Assembly (NCBI GenBank): GCA_945862365.1
Contig: CAMAXK010000005.1
Span: forward strand, 813 to 64,812
Reading direction: 5' to 3'
Length of the DNA stretch: 64,000 bases
Source: Chlamydia trachomatis
Lineage (GTDB): Bacteria > Chlamydiota > Chlamydiia > Chlamydiales > 2-12-FULL-49-11
The number at the start of each line of letters is the position of its first letter. Position 1 is the stretch's first letter. The translations under genes and the position numbers were made by a program. Of this stretch, positions 57,786 through 64,000 are shown in pieces. The notes below the pieces were generated by a model. It was not told the DNA's origin. It ran no database searches and worked only from the letters and a program-made list of their open reading frames with translations.

Positions 57786-58728
57786 TTTTCCTATCCTTGT
57801 AATAACTATTGATAATTAAAATTATACCACCACCGCACACTAAAATAGTTCCTATTGAGGAATATATATCAATGACTTTACCGAGGAACAAATTTTCTAA
57901 AAATATAATAAAAATCGTAAGGGAATAGCCGAGCGCACCAATAATATATGTTTCTGTATAGAAAAAGGCATCAATAAATAGAAATAAAGCTGCTGCATAT
58001 AAAAATCCTTGGAAAATTATAGTGATATAGCTATGTAAGTCTAACGGTTCCCAGCTTATAAAACACATGATAAGTCCTGAGCTTATAACACCAATTATGG
58101 ATTGATAAAAGGCTATTAGTAAAGGGGAGTCTCTTTTGACCATATACGTCGTCATTACAATAATTAAGGCTAAACCAATTCCAGAAATGATTCCTATAAG
58201 ACCACCTAGACTGTAGAATTTAACATCTAAAATATTCACAAAACAAATGCCTAGAAAACCTATTAAGATACCAATTATTGCGATTTTTCCAATATATATT
58301 CTAAAAAAAATATACATGATTAAAGGAATAACCAAGGAGTCGATGCTAAATAACAATGAATTGTCAATTACATCTACCCAAATCTTAGAAAGAAAATATG
58401 TATAATAGGTAATTATTCCCAGTGTTCCACGAATCAAAATAAGCTTTCTATTTTTTGGCTTAAAAGCTTTCCAGCCTCTTGGAAGAAGGCAAATTAAATA
58501 GCTAATAAATACAGTTAGGAATTGTAAAAAAAAAAGTTGGAAAAAAGAAGCTTTACTGGAATTAGTTTCAAAAAGTATCGTTGAGTTTCCTAGTAAAAAA
58601 TAGGCAAAAATAGTAAATATTATCCCTATGTATCTGAGGTTAGGGTTTATTTCTATTTTATACTCGTGAGCAAACTTTAAAAATTGTAGATGCTCTTTCT
58701 TAAAAAAACCAAATATTTTAATTTTCAT
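57769..58728 (-). CDS. DMT-superfamily (EamA-like) transporter
   Basis: It has about 10 hydrophobic helices arranged as two 5-TM repeats. It is convergent with the SDR gene and overlaps it by 17 nt. Confidence 0.65.
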   Translation of the reverse strand: MKIKIFGFFKKEHLQFLKFAHEYKIEINPNLRYIGIIFTIFAYFLLGNSTILFETNSSKASFFQLFFLQFLTVFISYLICLLPRGWKAFKPKNRKLILIRGTLGIITYYTYFLSKIWVDVIDNSLLFSIDSLVIPLIMYIFFRIYIGKIAIIGILIGFLGICFVNILDVKFYSLGGLIGIISGIGLALIIVMTTYMVKRDSPLLIAFYQSIIGVISSGLIMCFISWEPLDLHSYITIIFQGFLYAAALFLFIDAFFYTETYIIGALGYSLTIFIIFLENLFLGKVIDIYSSIGTILVCGGGIILIINSYYKDRKINYKN

Positions 58729-59038
58729 TATACTTTACTTATAATACCTAGGTCTTATTAGGACAGCTGTTGCATCTTTAAAAAAGAAGTAAACTACTAT
58801 CATATGTTATTAATTTATATATTTAATCTTTTTTTAATTAAAAAGCACTTTTTTTATCTGATTTTTAAATATATGAATTTGTAAGGGAAGAAAATTTACA
58901 CTTTGTAAATCACTCCCTAAGTTAAGAAGCTAATGCTGAAATTTTTATATTTTCTGGTTAAAAAATACACTAGAGATTATGAGAATTCTTATCAATTGTT
59001 TTAGTGAAAAAACATGACACGGTTATTAATGTTAAACG

Positions 59039-59446
59039 TCAAAAAGTGGTAGCGGGATTGCCTAAAAGTTTTATTGCAAATTCTGCAGAGAAACCTTTAT
59101 ACACTGTTGGTTTGTAATTTACATAAATCAATCCTTGCTTATTAAGCTCAAAAACTAAAGCTGGATGTTTAATAACAGTAAGGGTGTCGAATTTCTCTTC
59201 TGTAAATAGCAGTCTATTTGATATTTGCTCGACGCATTGATGATAAATTTGTTGTATTCGCTTAATATAGTCTGCTTCATTCTGCATTTTTACAAGCTTA
59301 AGGGCAGGGGGACCTTCCTTGGAGCTTATTACCTTAAACTCAAAGCGTGGATTTTTAATGTGTCTTGGTAAAAAGCTAACTAGCAAACTTAAGTGAGCTG
59401 CATTTAGGTAGGTGGAATCTGTGGAAAGAGGGGAAGGTTGGTGCAT
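59039..59446 (-). CDS. hypothetical protein
   Basis: It is an isolated 135-aa ORF flanked by long AT-rich spacers. I recognise no motif. Confidence 0.3.
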   Translation of the reverse strand: MHQPSPLSTDSTYLNAAHLSLLVSFLPRHIKNPRFEFKVISSKEGPPALKLVKMQNEADYIKRIQQIYHQCVEQISNRLLFTEEKFDTLTVIKHPALVFELNKQGLIYVNYKPTVYKGFSAEFAIKLLGNPATTF

Positions 59447-59571
59447 AGGTGACTAATGGGTTAATTTATTTTGAATTAGCTAGTATAATGGGAAATCTGG
59501 TTATTTACAATTGATCAAATCTAACCAAAAAATATCTTTCAGATTAAAAGATATTTGATATTATTCAAAAT

Positions 59572-60144
59572 ATGAAAATCTATTTTTTTATTATTTCACT
59601 GCTTTTTGCACGGTTTGCTTTTGGATCAGATGATATTTTCTATGCCAGTGGTTATGAAGAAAGTGTTTTACCTAGAAATACACCCCGACCTCCAAAGCCT
59701 TTGATGTGGAATGCTAGGTTAAAAGTGGATAGATCGCTCATTATAGGTTATGAAAAATCTATCTATATGCCCAATCAATACTTTTCACTTTATGCTGGGG
59801 TAAGCTCTGGTTTAATGAAGACCATTCATCCTGTAATGGATGATGTCTATGTTCTAAGTAGCTATCTACTTGCAAGGGTCTATCTTGTTAATAAACCGTC
59901 ATTGAAAACTTTTATTCTTTATAGCCCAGCAGGACCATCGATGCTTTCAAAAAGTCAATTTGCTACCACCGGCTTTTCCAATTTATTTGTCTTTCAAAAC
60001 CAGTTTGGCATTGGGTGGGAACTAGATAAAAGTGCAAAGATTGGATGCTTTTTAAAGATGTATCATTATTCAAATGGGGATCTTTTCCCTGTCAATGGTG
60101 GCATTGACATACCTTTAGTTATCGGTGTTAGCGTTAAACTTTAA
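59572..60144 (+). CDS. PagL-like lipid A deacylase / acyloxyacyl hydrolase-family outer-membrane protein
   Basis: It has a signal peptide, a size of about 190 aa typical of an 8-strand barrel, and the C-terminal motif MYHYSNGDLFPVNGGID, which resembles the H.SN...N.G catalytic block of PagL-family proteins. Confidence 0.5.
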   Translation: MKIYFFIISLLFARFAFGSDDIFYASGYEESVLPRNTPRPPKPLMWNARLKVDRSLIIGYEKSIYMPNQYFSLYAGVSSGLMKTIHPVMDDVYVLSSYLLARVYLVNKPSLKTFILYSPAGPSMLSKSQFATTGFSNLFVFQNQFGIGWELDKSAKIGCFLKMYHYSNGDLFPVNGGIDIPLVIGVSVKL

Positions 60145-60167
60145 ATCTGAGTTTTAAGTAAGATAGG

Positions 60168-60731
60168 TTATTCTTCTACAATAGTAGGAAGGCCGCGGGT
60201 TTTTTTTGTAGCCTTTATTGCAGCGTTTAAAGAAGGATATTCTCTAATTAACCTTTGCTTATAAATCTTTTGGATGAAACAAAGATGGTTAGTTTTGCTC
60301 TTAGCATAGTTATAAAGAGTTTCTGAAAGATCTTTAATAACCTCCATTTTTTTGCAACCAGTAAAGCTGACAAAAATTTGATCACCATATTGCTCAAAAT
60401 TCATGGAATTTAGATAGTTTATAGTGCCTGATTTATAAAATTTAAAAGTAAAATTTTCTAACATTTCTTGTACAACAAAAGTTGTTCTTTCTTCTGAATA
60501 AGTTATCTTAGGGTTGCTTGTTATAATATAAGCAAAACCCGATGGAGATTGCTTACTTGCAGCAACTCTAATCTTACCTAATTTTCCAATAATTTGTTTA
60601 AAAGCTGGTTTTAAACAGTTAAGGGCTTGATCTTCAAGAACTTCTACTTTTGATTTTTCATCGCAGCAAACCCCTTGATTGAACAAAAGGCCATAGGTAA
60701 TTTGTGGGTTTGGTATAATCGAAGATGACAA
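60168..60731 (-). CDS. hypothetical protein (TTG start in the track, start uncertain)
   Basis: It is a clean 187-aa ORF. I recognise no motif. Confidence 0.3.
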   Translation of the reverse strand: MSSSIIPNPQITYGLLFNQGVCCDEKSKVEVLEDQALNCLKPAFKQIIGKLGKIRVAASKQSPSGFAYIITSNPKITYSEERTTFVVQEMLENFTFKFYKSGTINYLNSMNFEQYGDQIFVSFTGCKKMEVIKDLSETLYNYAKSKTNHLCFIQKIYKQRLIREYPSLNAAIKATKKTRGLPTIVEE

Positions 60732-60780
60732 AAAATCCCTCTATTGTGAAAAGATGTATAAGTATAAATTAAGAAAAAAT

Positions 60781-61797
60781 TTATTTGTATCTTTTACCAT
60801 CAACTTGTGCAAGTGCTTTGATCTTTTGACTAAGAGTTTCAATCCCGATAGATTCTTTTGCTGAAATAACAATCACTTCAGCTTTTTCATCTGCAAAAGC
60901 TTTTTTAAATGCTTTGATATAGTCATCTGCCCCTTCAAGTTCGCATTTATTTAAGGCGATAATGGATGGACGTTGAAGAAGAGCTTCATTGTGTTGTAAA
61001 AGTTCATTTCTTAAAATCTTGTAATCTTCTATAGGATCTGATATTTCTCCAAGTGGTGCTACGTCAATGATGTATACCAAGGCTTTACTTCGTTCGATAT
61101 GTTTTAAAAAGGCAAGGCCAAGGCCGCGGTTTTTATGTGCATCTTTAATGATTCCAGGGATATCTGCTATGTAAATTCTTGAATAGTCATCATATTCGAT
61201 ATAACTTAAGTTAGGTTTAAGAGTAGTAAACGGGTAGTTTCCAATTTTTACATCTGTAGCTGTTAAGGCTTTCATCAGTGTAGATTTTCCAGCATTAGGA
61301 AGACCTACAAATCCAATATCTGCAATGATTTTTAGCTCCAAAGATATATAGACTTCTGCTCCATATTTTCCTGGTGTACACGTTCGTGGCGCGCGATTTG
61401 TGGCGGTTGCAAAACAGCTATTACCTAATCCCCCTCTTCCACCTTCTGCAAGCTCAAGAACTGTGCCAGGTTCAGTAAGATCGGCCAAAATTTCATTTGT
61501 GTTAGTATTCATTACAATGGTACCAGTAGGCACTAAAATGGTGTTGTCGCTGCCACCTTTGCCAGCTTTATTATTACTGGCTCCATCGGCGCCTTTTCCT
61601 GCTGTAATAAGACCTACACCTCGAAGGTGATCTAAACAATAAATATTTTCAGAAACTTTAATTTTAATAGAGCCGCCCTTACCACCATTGCCACCACAAG
61701 GTCCACCTTTTGGAATATATTTTGAACGAATCCAAGCGATGACGCCATTGCCGCCTTTGCCTGAAACACATTTAAGTTTTGTAAAATCTGTAAACAT
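60781..61797 (-). CDS. obg: GTPase Obg/CgtA
   Basis: It has a Gly-rich Obg fold (GKGGNG, GGPCGGNGGKGG) and G motifs (GLPNAGKST, DIPG, NKCE). Confidence 0.95.
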   Translation of the reverse strand: MFTDFTKLKCVSGKGGNGVIAWIRSKYIPKGGPCGGNGGKGGSIKIKVSENIYCLDHLRGVGLITAGKGADGASNNKAGKGGSDNTILVPTGTIVMNTNTNEILADLTEPGTVLELAEGGRGGLGNSCFATATNRAPRTCTPGKYGAEVYISLELKIIADIGFVGLPNAGKSTLMKALTATDVKIGNYPFTTLKPNLSYIEYDDYSRIYIADIPGIIKDAHKNRGLGLAFLKHIERSKALVYIIDVAPLGEISDPIEDYKILRNELLQHNEALLQRPSIIALNKCELEGADDYIKAFKKAFADEKAEVIVISAKESIGIETLSQKIKALAQVDGKRYK

Positions 61798-61934
61798 TTC
61801 AAAATCTCCGTTACTAACGCCTTGTTTGGTTTTTCTTGCTAACTCGTTAAAAACTAAAAAATCTCCTTAAAAAATCATTGATTTTCACAAGGAGACTCTA
61901 ATTAGTTATAGGTTAATCTAAAAAATAGATAGAC

Positions 61935-62186
61935 TTAAGCAATTGCTTCTACTGAAACAACTGTTCTTTTTCCTTTCTTAAATTTTACCATTCCATCAAT
62001 CAATGCAAAGATTGTATAATCTTTACCAAGACCTACGCCTAAACCTGGGTGGAATTTTGTTCCGCGCTGACGAACTAAGATGTTTCCAGCAATTACAGCT
62101 TCTCCACCAAATTTCTTCACGCCTAGTCTTTGTGCATTAGAATCTCTACCGTTTCTTGACGATCCTTGTCCTTTCTTCTGTGCCAT
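61935..62186 (-). CDS. rpmA: 50S ribosomal protein L27
   Basis: It has [24 protein letters not shown]...[10 protein letters not shown]. Confidence 0.97.
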   Translation of the reverse strand: MAQKKGQGSSRNGRDSNAQRLGVKKFGGEAVIAGNILVRQRGTKFHPGLGVGLGKDYTIFALIDGMVKFKKGKRTVVSVEAIA

Positions 62187-62503
62187 TATGCAGCTCCCTT
62201 AATTTCTGTAACTTCTACTCGTGATCTTAGCTGTCTGTGGCCTTTTTTCACGCGGCTGTTATGTCTTTTTTTGTATTTGTAAATAATTAATTTTTCACCC
62301 TTAACTTCACCCATAATTTTAGCTTCAACTGTTGCGCCTTTTACAACCGGTGCGCCAACTGTTACAGATTTTCCATTATCTAACATTAAGACGTTTTCAA
62401 AAATTACTTTGTCGCCTTCGCTGTGGCCAAGTAGCTCTACATCGAGAATATCGCCTATTTTGACGCTGTATTGCTTTCCGCCAGTTTTAATAATTGCCTT
62501 CAT
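62186..62503 (-). CDS. rplU: 50S ribosomal protein L21
   Basis: It has [14 protein letters not shown]...[15 protein letters not shown]. Confidence 0.97.
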   Translation of the reverse strand: MKAIIKTGGKQYSVKIGDILDVELLGHSEGDKVIFENVLMLDNGKSVTVGAPVVKGATVEAKIMGEVKGEKLIIYKYKKRHNSRVKKGHRQLRSRVEVTEIKGAA

Positions 62504-62506
62504 TTG

Positions 62507-63373
62507 TTAATCCTCTTTAGTTTTTTGAGGATAGGATACCAGAACCTGTTTTAGAGGTAAAGATAAAAAATACAGGCAGGTGGTTATGAGCGCAATTGTT
62601 GCACCAATAGGCCAGTTAAAGAGGTAAGAAATATAGGTTCCGATAAAGGACATGATGCATGATAGCAAGATTGCTATATAAATCATTTTTGAAAGAGAGC
62701 GAGTGAAAATATTTGCAATAGCTGCTGGCAGACAAAGCATTGAGATCACTAATATAGCTCCAATTACTTGAATTAATATAACAATTGTTAAACAAATTAA
62801 TGATAGTAGAAAAAAGTAGAGGAAAACAACCGGTTGCTTTTGAAGGTATGCATTGATTTCATCAAAACAGATCGCTAGAAATCGTTTATGCAATATAATA
62901 CTTGAAAATATGATGATTATATTTAAAATCCCGAGAAGATACAGCTCTCGGTGACTTGCCCAGAGTAAATTGCCAAATAGAAAATTCATTAATTCAGCAT
63001 TTGATCCAGGTGTGATGGAAATTAAAATAACACCAATTGCCATTCCTATAGACCAAATTGCAGCAATTACTGAATCAACTCTTTGTCTATATTTTAAATG
63101 CATCCATCCGATGATAAATCCAAAGAAAAATGCAGATACTATTGCGCCACTAAGGGGGGAGAAAAGTGGGCTTAATGTGTAATAATGAAGGTAAATGGCA
63201 ATACCAATACCGCCTAAAACGGCGTGGGCGATACTTCCGGAAATAAATACTACTCGCTTTGCAACGGTATAAGAACCCATGATACCACTTCCAATGGATG
63301 CCAAAAGTGCTGCAAATAGGGCCATTTGTAAAAATGGGTTAGTGGTAAGAGCTGTCCAAAAAGAATCATTCAT
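62507..63373 (-). CDS. ABC-3 family metal (Zn/Mn/Fe) transporter permease
   Basis: It has a ZnuB/TroD-like polytopic profile. The ATG at 63373 overlaps the upstream ATPase stop in an ATGAATGA arrangement. Confidence 0.85.
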   Translation of the reverse strand: MNDSFWTALTTNPFLQMALFAALLASIGSGIMGSYTVAKRVVFISGSIAHAVLGGIGIAIYLHYYTLSPLFSPLSGAIVSAFFFGFIIGWMHLKYRQRVDSVIAAIWSIGMAIGVILISITPGSNAELMNFLFGNLLWASHRELYLLGILNIIIIFSSIILHKRFLAICFDEINAYLQKQPVVFLYFFLLSLICLTIVILIQVIGAILVISMLCLPAAIANIFTRSLSKMIYIAILLSCIMSFIGTYISYLFNWPIGATIALITTCLYFLSLPLKQVLVSYPQKTKED

Positions 63374-64000
63374 GATTACATCCTTCCTCTTCTGAATGGA
63401 AGAGGCCAAGTTCCATATGTTTACAAATAGCGTCGTGTTTAATAGGAAGTACTGTCTTTTCAACCATAAATACTGTGTCGGCCTTCTTTAATAAATGTGT
63501 GATCACATGAGTGATTAAAATAATTGTTTTTTTGCCTTTCATCTCGTCAATTAATCGGATAATGTTTTTTGCCGAAGCATGGTCTAGTCCTGACAATGGC
63601 TCATCTAAAATGAGTATATCTGGATCAGATACAAGAGCTCGGGCAATAATTGCCCGTTGAAGCTGACCGCCTGAGAGTTCCCCAATAGAGCGAGAGTGTA
63701 GCTCTTCTAAATTAAACTTTTTTAAAATAGCTTTTGTTTGCTCAAAGGTATGCTTAGGCCAAATGCCATGCCAGGGTAATTCGGATAAAAGACCTTGTCT
63801 AACAAAATCAAAGAGTGAAAGGGGAAACATTGGATCAAAATGCAGTTTTTGAGGGATATAACCAAAATGATTACGTCGAATTTTAGGATGACCTCCATGG
63901 ACCTTTAATGATCCACTTTTTGGAGAAATAATGCCCATTATGAGCTTAACAAGGGTAGTTTTTCCCCCGCCGTTTGGTCCCAGAAAAATATAAAAACCAT
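63366..64000 (-). CDS. metal ABC transporter ATP-binding protein (partial, N-terminus beyond the right window edge)
   Basis: It has a Walker A read through to the window end (GPNGGGKTTL), the signature LSGGQLQR and Walker B (ILILDEP). Confidence 0.85.
   Translation of the reverse strand, partial: GFYIFLGPNGGGKTTLVKLIMGIISPKSGSLKVHGGHPKIRRNHFGYIPQKLHFDPMFPLSLFDFVRQGLLSELPWHGIWPKHTFEQTKAILKKFNLEELHSRSIGELSGGQLQRAIIARALVSDPDILILDEPLSGLDHASAKNIIRLIDEMKGKKTIILITHVITHLLKKADTVFMVEKTVLPIKHDAICKHMELGLFHSEEEGCNHE

Noticed and set aside
58880-58925. A small hairpin (atttaca-ctt-tgtaaat, flanked by ggga/tccc) lies in the long AT-rich spacer upstream of the EamA gene.
   Set aside because: Short AT-rich stems like this are expected by chance in such spacers. 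There is no U-tract and the sequence does not recur, so it is not reported as a feature.

Overview
This is a low-GC bacterial chromosome segment, and its gene content points to the phylum Chlamydiae, most likely an environmental (Parachlamydiales-like) lineage. The support is a sctJ-(CT560-like)-sctL-sctR-sctS-sctT type III secretion block in the same order as C. trachomatis CT559-CT564 (locus tags from memory), chromosomal paralogs of the chlamydial plasmid proteins pGP5-D (ParA) and pGP6-D, mcsA-mcsB-ispD, and gpmA followed by NifS-like and NifU-like genes.

The core content is:
- tdk, ispD, kdsB and sufBCDS
- pta-ackA and glgP
- PiT with its DUF47 partner
- rluB, birA and rodA
- the str operon (rpsL-rpsG-fusA-rpsJ)
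- tail-specific protease
- obg-rpmA-rplU and a metal ABC transporter

Features worth a second look:
1. tRNA-Phe is followed exactly 1860 bp downstream by a copy of its 3' 43 nt plus flank. The two copies bracket a small integrase-less island (Bro-N/DinD-like gene, ABM-domain gene, gene remnant). A second duplicated block and a GNAT-gene indel sit beside it.
2. From the tRNA to about 60.7 kb there is an accessory-looking zone. It includes a divergent SAHH-fold protein, an MDR oxidoreductase, an SDR and an EamA exporter.
3. Four consecutive putative outer-membrane beta-barrel genes lie next to the T3SS block. Three of them are clear paralogs.
4. There are two kinds of intergenic palindromic or MITE-like elements. 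One belongs to a dispersed family with 3 copies, and the other is a 164-nt long palindrome.
5. The NifS-like and NifU-like pair looks catalytically degenerate, while a complete Suf system is present in the same window.
6. Several eukaryote-like, signal-anchored carbohydrate-modifying enzymes are present (GT10 fucosyltransferase-like, sulfotransferase-like, other GT-like proteins).

No CRISPR array, rRNA gene, integrase or transposase gene was seen. All homology calls come from motif recognition by eye, and no database search was run.
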